Of a DNA stretch of 64,000 nt, positions 46,913 to 60,700 are shown piece by piece; within the stretch, counting starts at the first letter, position 1; every line of letters begins with the position of its first letter. This DNA comes from Zygnema circumcarinatum SAG 698-1b (lineage: Eukaryota; Plantae; Zygnematophyceae). The notes under the pieces are model-generated. The model was not told the DNA's origin. It searched no databases and was given only the letters and a program-made list of their open reading frames with translations. The position numbers were made by a program, and so were the translations under genes. The DNA lies in assembly GCA_037447605.1 (NCBI GenBank), contig CM074804.1, positions 5,681,909 through 5,745,908 of the forward strand, in the 5' to 3' direction.

Positions 46913-49900
46913 ATGGAGGATGAGCAGCCTCTGCACGAGGTTCTGAGCCTCGCCTGCGACGACAGCTACGAGGAGGAGGCGGAGTTCTGTGGGGGAGGGC
47001 TGGAGGGTCAGGACGCGGCTTCAGGGCACTTGAACGAGCTTCCCAACTGCCGGGACTTTTCGGTTGCGGAATACAAAAGGGAAATCATGGAGGACCGCAG
47101 CGTTGCTGCCAGTGTCGTATTTGCGGCCGTCTTTGCTGATGGAAATGAGGATCCTTTCGGAGATTCTGCGCTGCCGCAGCTTGTCGTGTGTGGATCGTCC
47201 AGTGGAAGGGTTTCTGTCTTCAAACTTGACAGCTTGGTGAAAGCCGAGGTGAGGCCACACAGCTGATTTGTTTGCATCGCAGCTTTGATCGAGCATGGTT
47301 CCGACCAGTATAGGGAGAACAGCACTTGAATGACGCGTCAGCCATGCAGATTTTGGTAGCTCGATGAACAAATGCTGCCTGAAAACGGCTGGAACCGATT
47401 AAGTTGAACCTTATAAATGCTATTTATTTCAGAAGCATGGTTGCTACTGTGCGCTTCATTTTTAGCATATTTGGAGAGTTGTTAATGATAAGTATTGCCC
47501 TACGATGTCTCAGTCGTCAAAAAGAAATTCATTGCTTTCTTTCTTACCCCGGTTAAGGGAAAAACACGCATATCCTCTACTCATCAACTCATGCCACCAT
47601 CAATTCCCATGAGGAGGTATGGTGGAGGAGAGAGACATTTGTACTTGTACATTAGTACTTCTTTCCGTTCAACCTGTTCGGTCAATAATATTTTTGCGCT
47701 AGTCACTACACTTCCCAGACCGACTGATTCGCATACGACTTTGTCCTTAAATAGCAGGGATGGTGTGCATGTGGCTCATTTCTCAGCTTTTAGAGTTCTT
47801 CTTCCATAGCTTCTACTTCTACTACCTTGAAAAGGTCATCATAATTGCTGGAAGCTCGTCTAGCAGAATCTGGCTAGGTTACGAAGTGATGAGTAGTGGC
47901 GCACCACAACTGTTTTAAAAGCGATAAGCTGAAGTGTAGAGCAGTTTCACGAATCCATCTGTACAAGAAAGGAAGGCTGACGATGCTATACAAGTGACTT
48001 CTCTTAAGGGAAAGTAGAAGTGTCTGAAACGCTCTGATACCATTGAGCGTGTATATCGTGACAGTTGCGTTGCTGTGCAGCTGCTTGGAGTAGCTTCGCG
48101 GCGATGATTTACTAGTTTTGTTTTTTGTTGTTGGGGAGAGCTCGGCACAGGCACAGGTGGGGAAACGTCTATCAAATACCTTGTAAGTCCGTTTTGGTTG
48201 CTGTATGCAGAATACCTTGTCAACAAAATGTAGGTTCAAGTATAAATCACGAGTTTTAACTTCGGAGTAGTACTTAAGAGAGCCCTGCGTTTTTATGTAG
48301 TGGCTGGTTTATAATACTGATACTTGGTCTAGCTTTGGTCCACCATCTCAAAACATGAAGGAGCACTCTTTCAATTCACCATATTCACTATGTGCATAGA
48401 TTTTGTTGCTGCTAACGAATCACATTCATGTTTTTATGTAACTATCAGAAACTGAAATTGCTTTCTTCTTTGTATGCAAATGTGATAAGAATTTCACAAT
48501 CTGTTATAAGAAATGCTTTATCTGTATATAGAAGGCATTCCTTTGTTGTGCTTCACTTAAAAGCTACATGGAAGAATTGACGGGCTTGCTCTGAATACTC
48601 AGGGATGTTTTTGTTTGCACTCTTATAGATGATAGTAAAATGGAATGCTAGCAGTCAATTGCAATTTGGGATTGGGGGTTCATGCTAACGTCAGCTGCCG
48701 TTTGCTGATGGCAGACGCCAAGTTGCGACTCCCGCACTTGAGCTGACAGCTCATGAGGGGCCAGTATATGGAGTGAGCACCTTCAATCGTGGCGCGGATT
48801 CTCTTTTGCTAAGGTGATCATGTCTTGGCGAGGGAGGACGTGGAAGGAAGACCGAAAACACTCATTTGATGTAGATCTGAAGAGTGATTCGAATGGATAG
48901 GTTTTTGGCCTGGCGTCCTTGCAGTGTAGGTCTGCCTTCTCGTGAACAAAGCTTGGGTTATGTGGGTAACAAATCAACGAAGTGAGTGTCATTGACGGGA
49001 TAGAGCGTAAGCGTTAAATATGGAAGTTGCATACAACAGGCTAATAACAATGGCTCCCGTTGGGTTACAGTTGTGGAGACGATGGTCGAATTTGTGGGTG
49101 GCAATGGAGTGCTGTTGAACAGCAGTTGGCAATGGAGGTGAGGCTCTCAAGCTGAATTTACGCTGTGGGGTTAATGCGAGACGGGGAGTGGTGATAGGGC
49201 CCTGTCTCGTTCTTTTCCAATCGGTCCACTATTCGAATGAATGGATTGTCACTCCTGTCAACTTGGTGTTGAGGGATGATGTGTCAATAATACCATGAGT
49301 CGCGGTCCCACCAAACATGAGAAAATACTTTCCTCACCAAATAAAAAGTTGACGGACGTCAATGTGTTTTCTGAAGGATTGTTACAATGTCAACGCCTTC
49401 TCATGCACGAGTTCATTCAGTCCTAGCGGGGGGCAGGAGTGCAGGGTGGGGCTGCACTTGTGACTCCTCCATCGACTTTGGAGCTAAGGAATGACCAGCA
49501 GAGGTGGGACTGTCTGCCTTAATAACTCAAAGAGTGTGGCTTTCAGGCGCACACCTCACTAGCTCATATAATCCGCACAAGTCATCCATCTGAGTCACAA
49601 TTCCTTGTTGCTGGTTTTCTTTGAAGGTCGAAAGGTCTTTGTTGACGGTAACGGCATTTGGGAGCCCATAGCTTACATCTGTTGCCGAGAACTTGTTGAG
49701 CTCAAGCTTCGAGTCAGCAAATATTTTTTGCTTGTACGGAAAAGCTGGGCCTGCACTATCTACAGCCATGTGGCCCCCAAACCTGAGCGCAATTTGCTGC
49801 TGCAGAGGACCACGAGGAGCCCTCGCCCCGTCTCCAGAGACTAATGCCATGGCAGCAGATGAGCAGGTTTGCAGCCAGACATTGGGGCAAACCGTAGTCA

Positions 49901-52494
49901 TAGCTGCAGTCATACTCAGCAGATTGCTACCAGAATATGACACTTGCTGCTGGGGGAGAGCCCATTACTATGTCATTTGATTATCCATGCATTGTGGGCG
50001 GCTGGTCAAACTGCTTTTCCACTTTCCATAAGGATACGTCCCTTGATCTTGGCATTGCCATGGCTTTGGAAGTCGTGCATGGGGGACATATGTGCCGACT
50101 AACACATGCCTGCGGGTCATTGCTGCAGAGGGGGCATCTATATTCAGCCGCTGGAGATGCCAACGCATATGCGTGGGATTTGGTGCGACACCTGCCTTCT
50201 GTCGTCATCTCGTCGGAATAAGAATCTCTTTTACTGATTTTTTTCAAATTGTGACACTGTAAATGACTGTGTACCCTGTGGCTTGCAGACGACAGGTCAG
50301 CGAGTGATGACATTTCACGGCCATTCGGCCTATCTCCACTGCATTTCCGCTCGGCCCTCACACCAGCAGGTGGGCTGCTGTGCGGCCCACGCCCTTCCAT
50401 CTCGGGCATCTCAGCAAGTCTGAACTTTTTAGGGAAACTGATTAAAAATTGCCAAGCAAGCCGTTTCGTCATCTGATGACAGGCTGATATTTCTCTGTGC
50501 ATGGAGTGGCAGGTCGTAACAGGCTCAGAGGACGGAACTGCCCGAATATGGGGTAACTTTGAGGGAGTTACAGATACTGAAATGTCGTTTGCTGGATAAA
50601 ATTGCTGCAGTGTCTGTAAGAAGAGCTGGCTTGTAGTCGTAGAGCTAGGGGGTTGATATCTATGTCTCTAGAGCTCTAATGTAAGTGTAGTTTAGGAGGA
50701 GCCCTCATGCCGAACAAATTGGGGTTGACACGTGTGAATGGGAACGTCTGTGCTTATGCTGCGAGACCAGACTGCAGGACAGGGAAAGAGTGCGCGGTGT
50801 TTGATCCCTGGAGGGCAGCAGTGAAGAAGGGCACTCTAGGCGTAGGGTCGCCCTGGGTGAGCTGTCTGGCATTGGACGCAAGCGAAAACTGGCTGGTGAG
50901 AATTGCAGCTCCTCCTCCCATGTCTTTGTAAGAGTTGAAAGTGGCAGGGATGGGCGGCAGAGGGGACGACGAGGTGAACACATATGCTGCAAAAATGTGC
51001 AGCCCTGTGGTAGGGAAGTAGATCATGACAGTGGTTCTTCCTTTCTAATCACCGGGACATACGCATCCCTTTCAGACATGTAATCAAGGGTCAACTTGCA
51101 ATTCCTGTTTGTGTCATGTGCGGGTCTGCTGTCATCCCATTTGTCTGTCATTCGACAGTATCTATGTGTTGCAGCTTGTACACAGTCTGATAGCCTACGC
51201 CTTGGCGGAGTCTGGGTGAAGGTGTGTGGGACCGGGGGCAACAGTCTGACCCTGTACAGCCTGCAGTCCTGCGCGGCCGCACTGCGCATCACCACATCGG
51301 CAGCCCCTCAGGCGCTGCTCATGCAGGGGGATGAGGTGAGGCTTCTTGCTTCTCGCTGTGGGTAGCTATTCCTGCGGCATTTGCCATGGGGAATATGTTC
51401 GTTAGCACACAAACGTTCGAGTTCAACTAATGAGCATGCATCTCCTCTATTTTCATCAATGCTGCAGATTGTGGCTGCTGGAGCTGAGCCCATCGTCTCG
51501 CACTGGTCCATGGGAGGGCGCTTGGTCTCGGAGACTGGCTGTGCCCCTGCCTCCGTTTACTCACTTGATACTGATCGATTAGGCGTATGTTTTTCAATTC
51601 TCCTGATCCTTTCCTCGTTTGCTTTCCCGGTTCATTTCCTCCTTAGTTCCCTGCTGCGATTCACGAGGAAGTCCAGCGTCCTTTATCCTATCATGTCCTG
51701 TTCATGTCCTGTTCATGTTGAGTACATGTACGTTCCTGGTAGTGTATTCTTGTCTTTATAGAATGTATGTTTCTTGTGATAATGATGGCCGTCAAACTTG
51801 GAAGTTATCAGAAAACCTAACTTGCCCTGTCTGCAAGTTATCTCAGTTCTTATCTCCCAGGTGTCTACACCAACTTTGATCATATACATAGGTCGTCCGG
51901 AGGGGCATGCCATTCATTTAGGGCAATTTTCTGGTCTGATAACCTTGCATTGTGCCACTCGTTTGCTCCCCTTCGTTTACGGTTGATGTTCAATGCTACC
52001 GTTCCTCTTTCCCATTTGTATTTTTGGAGGCCTTCCTTTGACCATGCTTTTCGATCTGTTTCTCCAGTATTCTTAGTATCCTCGAGCAATTGCTTCCCAA
52101 TGGCTGTCAATGTCATCGTTTCCGTTATCATTTGTCCTTATTTATCTGGACTTACTCGTCTAGTCTTTACCATAGCGATCTGTAAATGTCTCCAATTGTT
52201 CTTTTCTGATTTTTCGGGCCACTTGGGCATGTCTGCTTGAGTCGTCCGGACGATAATATTTGCGCGACCTCTCTAGTTTCACACAAACAAGCATCTTCAA
52301 AAGAGGCAGCGAATCAATTGACTCCTGGCATCCGTTTATCTTTGGCTCCATATGACGCGCACTTAGAAGAAGTGACTGACAAAGAATGTGCGACGTGTGT
52401 GGTGATGCAGTTGACAATGGTGGCTGGTTACGGAGGCCTTGTTGACGTCCATTCAGAATTTGGAAGTCATCTCTGCACATTTAGGTGTTCCTAA
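46913..52494 (+). CDS. THO6: THO complex subunit 6 (WD40 repeat protein, DWA1-like), multi-exon
   Basis: EYKREIMEDR..VVCGSSSG..TAHEGPVYGV..LLLSCGDDGRICGWQW..GPRGALAPSPETNAM..YSAAGDANAYAWDL..TFHGHSAYLH..VTGSEDGTARIWDCRTG..VSCLALDASENWL..VAAGAEP..CAPASVYSL..AGYGGLVDVHSEFGSHLCTFRCS* is colinear with plant THO6 as I recall it. Confidence 0.92.
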
Positions 52495-53932
52495 TGTCAA
52501 GCTTACAGAGGGCGTGCGTCGAGGAGCTAAAGAGCACATCACGCCCCACTAGACTGATGCATGTTGTTCTTCCTACTCAGTAATACTGGTGTTCATTCTT
52601 CAGCCATCGCAGAGGAGTGGGTGTCTCTGTCTGTCTACTGGTTTATGATGGTCTGTTGAGGGCTTTCTGGATGATGAAGTGAATTGATTATTGACCCCCC
52701 GGTGTATTGGGGCGCTTTAGGGTTAGAATTAGGGTAAAGAGTTCAACATTGAGCTTGTGGTTGGATACCTCCTCTTTAAAGGAAAGCGAGGTGTGAGGAT
52801 GGAAACATGCGGGTCGAGAGTCTTGGAGTCGTGTGGGGTTTTCCTGCCTTTGGAATGTTTCTCCAATTGGCCGAACTCGTTCACGCGCTTTCCAAAATTC
52901 AGGCGCTCCTGAAAAAGCAGAATTCACGGAATTCCCCGGAATTCACGGAAGCTGAAATCTGACAAACTATTTACAAATTACGGCGTTGTTTCCTGAAAAC
53001 AGAGATGGTGTTCACGTTTGAATTTTCACGAGCATCTGGATAAGGCCTCTCGTGAATCCAGAATGGACGCTTGAGTGGGAGGAGTGACAGCTTTGAAGGA
53101 GACTGGGTGGCAAGGAGCTCAGAGCCTGTAGAAGGGGCTGGCAGTCGACGCACATATTCGAACTAGGTATCATGATTCGTTTTGAACGAGTTCAGCGCTT
53201 TGGGCCCTTCTCCATTTCCTTGGAAGTTTTATTCTGCAACTAAACTTGGGGCATATGAGCCCTTGACCTTCTCGTTTGTTCTTAGGACTTAGTTTGTCAA
53301 TTGATGTAACAGCTCCATTACGAAGTATTACAGAAGATTGCCTTGATGTTGCAACCTATCTTATCGTGTTATCTTATTTTATCTTTTCGCCCGTATTGCC
53401 TATTTTTTCCTGGTAGATGTATTGTAGTTAATGGAGGGATGTCAAAGAACGTTTTCCGAGGAGGAAAATCGATGTTTAGTGTTTCAAGAACCTCTGCCCT
53501 TTGCGACAAGGCACTTTCCTCGTTTATTTTATCTCCCTAACTTCATAGGTGTATTACAATCTCCATATATAGCTCCGACATTGATAACCTTCAACGACAT
53601 GCCTCCACTTTATCGGGTATATGGAACCTCATTATGGACTGAACGCTCCAATCGGTTCCTGTGCTAACTCTGCTGTTGTCAATTCGGGTTGAATCCCTTC
53701 CTGTCCGCCAAGTATGGCACTCACAACCGGTCGGGTCTACGTGTGATTGTAGTGCCCATGCCATGGCGCGTTGTAAATTTGTTTTTAAAAGGTCGATTGA
53801 CAGTTTGTAACTTCGTAAATTTCGAACATTGGAAAGGTGAAGGTGAGGAATCGTTCCGTACAGTTGTGCCGGGGCCTGGAAGTCCTAGTACCGTACAGAC
53901 GGGCAAGGCAGGGAGGTCAGGCGCAGGGCCTA

Positions 53933-54514
53933 CTCGTAAAACCGAACAGGTTGAGAAATTGAGAAACGACTTTCTTTAATTTCTCAATTCTCAATATTTT
54001 TGAATAGAGTTGAACTTTGAATACTCGAGGTCGAAACTTTTTCGATGTAGGAAAGCGAAAAGGTTTTAGGAAAAAAGTTCAAATACTCGATAAGTTCGGT
54101 CGCACGAGTGGATTCCAACTTTTGCCACGTTGGTATTGTGCGATTCGAGGGATCCGGTTAGCCCGGGCCCCATTTTTGCCGTACGACTCTTCCCGCGCGC
54201 CGATCAGCAATTTCTGTACAAACCTCCGGGTCCACGCGCTTTAACGATCCGCTAAAATCTCATTGTTGATCAATGGACCCAAGGAAAACTCAAATTGAAC
54301 ACAAACGATAATTAATTGTTCAACGTTCAATTGGTTCTCCATAAAATTTGATGTTGAGACTTTGAGAAACAAATTAGGAATTCATTTCTCATTTTTCAAA
54401 ATGAATCGTGTTCACAAATATAGGGTTTTTTTGAGAAACTCGTTCTGCATTTTTTTTTTTGAGATGCAAAAATCTTTAATTTTTTTTTCTCAATATTGTT
54501 CGGTTTTACTGGAG
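53933..54514. mobile_element. candidate AT-rich MITE/foldback element upstream of TOP2
   Basis: Inverted termini GTAAAACCGAACA (53936-53948) and TGTTCGGTTTTAC (54497-54509), extended imperfectly by TTGAGAAA/TTTCTCAA. It interrupts a CAGGGCC-rich tract. No clean TSD. Confidence 0.55.
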
Positions 54515-54559
54515 GGGCCGGGCAGGGCCAGGGCCGGGCCAGGGCCGAGGGGCTTGTGG

Positions 54560-54653
54560 CCGTTGCAGGCGGGCGGCCCTGTACCGTACACTGTACGGCT
54601 CGGCTCGGCTCGGGTCGTGCTTTCAAAATTTGAAATTTGCAGGCCGGCCGTTG
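54560..54653. promoter_or_regulatory. MSA-like (CCGTTG/CAACGG) sites flanking an inverted CHR-like TTTGAA pair in the TOP2 promoter
   Basis: ccgttg at 54560 and 54648; TTTCAAA-A-TTTGAAA at 54621-54635, about 150 bp upstream of the probable ATG. Confidence 0.5.
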
Positions 54654-54791
54654 CGCCCTTTCAAGATCCAGCCAAGCCCGAGCGCGCGCAAGGCAAGGCA
54701 AGGCTCCCCCCCCCCGCAGTGCCTGCACGCGCCTCCGCCGCGCCGCTCCTCCTCCTCCTCCTGCGGACCTTACGGATTGCAGAGAGGAGAG

Positions 54792-57700
54792 ATGGATGTG
54801 CTGAGAGCAGAACAAGAGAATATCGGGATTGCAAGAAAGGTATTGACAGCATTATGTTCGAATGGCTATCTGTCTTTGGATGGGCTTCTCCTTTAGTGGT
54901 GCAGGAGAAGAAACACTCCGTCTGTGTGAGCACAAGAGTTTTTTTCGCTACTATAGTCAGGGAACTTCCATATGCGTGGGATTTTATTTCTGCGTGCCTT
55001 CAAAGCTTGCATACTCTACTTGCCAAAATAGGGAAACACTTTCGGAAAAAAAAAAAATCTTTACTGAGGGTTTTTCAGATCATTGTGCAGCTAGTGCTGT
55101 CCAGTTTCACATGATATGTGAGGTCGCGATGATACCAAAGGAAAATTATGTGGTATTTTGGAAGTCTGACGTTGAAAGGAGTTGCTAATGCCTTGTATTG
55201 AAGACCTGTGTTTTTCAGGGCGGACTTCCTAAAGCTCCTAATGCAGGCAAACCGGGAAAATTACCTACCGCGCCCCTTCAGGGCAGCTCTGTCCAGAATT
55301 CCAATTCGAATGGAAGGACGATTGAACAGATGTACCAGAAGAAATCACAGCTGGAGCATGTGCTTCTCCGACCAGACACTTACATAGGAAGCATCGAGAA
55401 GGACACAAGGTCCCTTTGGGTATATGAAGAGGGGAAAATGGTGAACCGGGAAGTCACCTTCGTTCCTGGGCTGTACAAGATATTTGACGAGATTCTCGTA
55501 AACGCTGCTGATAACAAGCAGCGGGATTCAACCATGGATTGTGTGAAAGTCGACATAAATGTGGAAGCTAATTTCATTAAAGTGAGTCAATATAAACTGA
55601 TTTTTAACCCTGTTCATTAGTGTTTATTGTGTGCACGAATAAATTGCTTAAACATCCGTGTTTCTTCCATACACTAAGTAAGTAGGTAATCTCTGAACCT
55701 TATGTGGCTATCTGTGGCAGGTTTGGAACAATGGAAAGGGTGTCCCTATTGAAATACATGCCGAAGAAGGGGTCTACGTTCCAGAAATGATATTTGGCCA
55801 TTTGTTGACCAGCAGCAATTACGATGACAGTGAGCAGAAAACAACAGGTGGACGCAACGGCTTTGGTGCTAAACTTGCAAACATCTTCTCCACAGAGTTT
55901 GTTATTGAGACGGCCGATGGAGATCGACAGAAGAAATACAAGCAGGTTGGAACTGTGGTGACCTACTGCATGGCTGGCTGCCTCCGTTCGTGTCAACATC
56001 TCAAGAATTTCTCTATACTGTGCTGTATGCAGTAGATGTTACTGTGAAGTTTGCTTCAATCCAGCTTCTTGCTAATGATCATTATCTATGTTTGCTATCC
56101 CTGATAAGGATTGAAGGCATATGATTATTGCAGGTTTTCACTGACAATATGAGCAAAAAGACAGCTCCTGAAATCACCAAATGCAAAGCCAGCGAGAACT
56201 GGACCTGTGTGACTTTCAAGCCTGATTTGGTGAAGTTTCACATGGATCATCTTGAGGACGACGTGGTGGCATTGATGAGCAAGCGTGTCCTAGACATTGC
56301 CGGTTGCCTTGGAAAAGGAGTCAAAGTTGAGTTAAATGGTGTTCGCCTTCCAATAAAGTCATTCAGTGACTACGTTGGACTATATCTGACGTCAGCTACT
56401 AGTCCTGAAAGGGAGGAGCCGCTTCCAAGGTGAGACTGTTCAAAGAGTGTCCTTAATGTGTTACACTTGCCCAGCTTTTCAGACTTCCGATGTCCTGTTT
56501 TCCTGCAAGCTCTCTGGAGCTAACAGATTCGCATAAAATCACGACATCTGGCATCAAAGTTTTGGTTCACTAGCTAAGTGTATTCGCAAATTTTCGAGGG
56601 TGGCAGAATCTATGAAAAGGTGAACGACAGGTGGGAGGTTTGCGTCAGCCTTACTGATGGGCAATTCCAGCAGGTATGGATGCTATGCTTTCTTGAGAAG
56701 TGTCCCAAAACTCACTAGTTTCTAAGGCAAAAACGGAGGGGAAAATTTTCTGAGTAAATTTCAATGATATGACTTTCGCAGCATTGCAATCCACCGGATT
56801 TGCTAATGGCGACCAATAACGCTTCTTGTTAGCCTAATTTAGCTTTTTGAGTATCTTGATGATGTTTGCAGGTCAGCTTTGTCAACAGCATTGCCACAAC
56901 ACGAGGTGGCACTCATGTTCAGCTTGTGGCTGACCAAGTAACCAACTACTTGTTGGAGAAAATAAGGAAGAAGGCTGGCAAGGCATCTGCAAGCGCAATA
57001 AAGCCAGCCCAGGTCAAGAACCACCTCTGGGTGTTTGTTAACGCCCTGGTAGTTAACCCTGCTTTCGACTCACAGACGAAAGAGTGGCTCAATACTCGTT
57101 CGATTGATTTTGGATCTACATGCAAGTTGTCAGAAGAGTTTATGAAGAAAGGTGAGTTACAAATGTGCGCTTGTCTGAACAAGCAGAAATCAATTGCAGA
57201 GAATCTGGACTTAGCTATCAGAGTGTATTATCTGTTTAATCAGAGGGGATGTTTAAAAAAAAAAAAAAAAAAAAAAAAAAGTGCTGCTTAGGTATTGGCA
57301 AGTCAAGCTTATCTAACTCAATACTTTGTTGTGCAGTTTTAAAGTCCGGCATCGTTGAAAGTGTATTGACTTGGGCCACGTTCAAGCAAAACAAAGACCT
57401 GAAGAAGACAGATGGAAGCAAGCGACAACGGTTGATGGGAATTCCCAAACTTGATGATGCAAATGAAGCAGGAGGCCGTAATTCCCAACACTGCACACTT
57501 ATCCTTACAGAAGGAGATTCGGCAAAAGCCCTCGCGGTACGCGAACTCTTTTCACAAGCTTTATTTCTTCTATTCTTGGCTTTCGATGAGGAAAGCTGAA
57601 TTTAAAGGTGGCATGTTTGATGCTAAGGTTAGATAGATATTATGCCGTTGATTTCTTTCGTTTTGTGATCTATCACGCGGCCATGCATGCACTCTCTGCC

Positions 57701-60700
57701 TGATGAATTCCTAGTGACAGAGGTCAACGTTGTGAACATTGACTAACACACTACCTAACGCACAAATAACTAACACACAAGAATGAGCCTACACAGCACT
57801 AATAACAAATACATAGCGAGTTAGCGAACAAAGTCTGCCTCGTCTGAATGGAAAATGTTCTGCAGGTGAGCGGCCTGAGTGTTGTTGGCCGGGATCGATA
57901 TGGCGTCTTCCCTTTGCGTGGAAAGCTGCTTAACGTTCGTGACGCTTCGCACAAGCAGATCCTTGAGAATGCAGAAATCAGCAGCATCAAGCAAATCTTG
58001 GGTTTGCAGCACGACAAGGATTATGACAGCATTAAGTCTCTACGTTATGGTCATCTGATGATTATGACTGATCAGGTAAGAACTGCAGCATTGACTTGTC
58101 GGCTTTGAAACTCATATCATATCGTCCTATGAAGTTATACTGGAAAGCTGAATCTCATGCGCTGTTTTTGTGCAGGATCATGACGGGTCCCACATTAAAG
58201 GACTGCTTATAAATTTCATTCACAGATTTTGGCCATCACTGCTGAGGTTCCCAAGTTTTATGTTGGAGTTTGTTACTCCTATTGTCAAGGTAATGTGCCA
58301 AGTTCACAATGGCAGCTCCATAAAGTCCCGGTTACGAGGACGAAGACATGTTGTGGTTTGCTCTCATTCCCCTTCGCAAGAACCAGGTTATTTAGGATTC
58401 CTTCTTTTCCTTTCAGAGATGCTCTTAACCATAATGAGATGCGTTCTGACTGCAGGCCACTGGTCCTCGAGGCAAGACCTTGTCATTTTACACGATGCCA
58501 GAATACGAGTCATGGAAGGATTCTCTGGGAGGTAACGTGAAGGGTTGGAGCATCAAATACTATAAGGTCTGCTCACACTATTCATGTCACTTCTCGCTTT
58601 GGTTATTTTAAGATAAGGATGCTATTCTTCTAATTTTTCACAAGAATTGACTTTCGTAATAGAGAGAGCCCATGTTTTGTAGACTAAGGCCTCCTCAATG
58701 CCAGCATTTTCCTGTCTCTACAATTTATCAGCAAATCCGTCCTGCCCTTTGCGTAACAGGGTCTTGGAACAAGCACAACAAAAGAGGCGAAGGAATATTT
58801 TGCGGCGTTGGACAAGCATAGAAAAGATTTTGTGTGGTCCGGCGATAATGATGGAGAAAGCATTGATCTTGCATTCAGCAAGAAAAAGATTGATGGACGA
58901 AAACAGTGGTTGCGAAACTTTGAGGTGATATACTACTATGCTCCTGCTTGCATATTTCACCTAGCTAAAGATCATATCTTAACAAAACTCTCGATTGGGA
59001 AAAACAAGCGAGGGTGCTTGCTTGCGAAATATACCTTTTCTTCCAGGATCACATTGTCGATACAATATTCGTCATTTCCTTTTGCTACTGAATCTAGTGA
59101 ACATCTGCATTGAATGCCCTTTTCCTTGGGATATCTGACGGGAAATGGTGATGGGAGGATTGCAGCCTGGCACATATCTGGATCAGAGCGTTTCCACTAT
59201 CAATTACACAGATTTTGTGAACAAGGAGCTTATTCTTTTCTCTCTGGCGGATAATATGCGCTCCATTCCCTCAGTTGTCGATGGCTTCAAGCCCGGTCAG
59301 CGAAAGATTCTCTTCAGTTGCTTTAAACGAAAATTGAAGTCTGACGTGAAGGTGAGCCTGATATGCTCTGTGAATTGATTTGTTTCCCCCAACTCAATTG
59401 AGCAGCTTCAATGTAAGCATATTCTCATAGTTTACTTTTTTAGGCTCCTCCCAACTCTGATACTCTGTAGAACAAATACAACAGCCATGCACTTCCCGTG
59501 TGCTTCATTTCCTCTTTATGCTGGCAGTTTTATTAAGAATGTGTGACAGGAGCTACTGAGTCCACATGCTTTAGTGAAATGCAGAGGACTCGTTAGATGT
59601 TGTCCTTAAGAATTCGATTCAGCTTCGTCGTTTCAAATGGCATGTTGAATCCTGAAAAGAAATATAGTTGCATCAGAGCTCTAAGTAGCCTGTAGTTGCC
59701 AATATGAGTCCTCCTTTGAGAACAAAGGAAAGACGGATGTGATTTCTGCATAAGAAAGAGCAATATTAGATTAAGACCTACACTTCACTTTACTTCTTGC
59801 CGAACCTCCTGCGAAGCTAATTGTAAATACAGACAGGTATGCTGAAATAAGTTCATTCATCAAGCTGCATCAGGAATTTGGAATTTGCAAGTTCTTCATC
59901 CTATGATATTGAAAAACGCCTTATTTTTTTTTCCTTTTAATTGTTGCAGGTGGCCCAGCTAGCGGGATATGTCTCAGAGCATTCTGCATACCATCATGGA
60001 GAGGCCTCCCTTATGGGCACAATTATTGGCTTAGCGCAAGACTTTGTTGGAAGCAACAATGTCAATGTCCTCGTGCCAAGTGGTCAATTTGGCACACGCC
60101 TTCAGGTCTGTACTAAGATTCTGAGATTCTGAGTCCAAACGCTTAATGCAATTGTATTCTCGGCCGGGAATTACCTAAGGAAGGGAGAGCAAACTCGGAT
60201 GGGTCACAAAGCTATCTCTTATTCTATGTTTCCTCCCTGTTTGGGTCCCCGACTTCAACCTGACTTTGCAGTTGCTCCTGTCTGTTATTTCTGCAGGGCG
60301 GAAAAGATGCTGCAAGCCCCCGTTATATATTCACTCGTCTCTCGCCTTTGACAAGAATGATATTTCCTGAGGCTGATGATTGCTTGCTCGACTATCAGAA
60401 TGAGGATGGACTACTCATTGAACCGACATGGTATCTCTCTTTTGAGGACTTGCCAAAACTTTTTTTGATTTGTTCTGTACAATGCCAAGTGCTGAAACAG
60501 TTGTCCATGCATGCTTATGCCTACACGGAACCCCTTGTAAATCAAAAGTACAATGCACCCAACTGTTTCGCAAAGTACAAAAACTTTTCAATTGAGCATA
60601 CATAGCATAATATACTCTTTGTAGGTTATGAATTTTCTGTCTACTGAAATCAAAAGCAAAGCGTAAATGATGTTCAGCACTCAGGCTATTTCTTCACGTG

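Noticed and set aside
47886-47980. C/D box snoRNA in THO6 intron 1 (GTGATGA...CTGA)
   Set aside because: No terminal stem and no rRNA/snRNA-complementary guide that I can recognise.
52919-52950. GAATTCACG x3 short repeat as a transposon end
   Set aside because: Only three units and no matching inverted partner found in the window.
54362-55114. 250-aa ORF upstream of TOP2
   Set aside because: Runs across the MITE-like arm, promoter island and first intron; low-complexity composition and non-ATG start.
57255-57280. Poly-A (26) as a retroposon tail or poly-Lys coding segment
   Set aside because: Intronic homopolymer with no recognisable SINE/LINE body or TSD.
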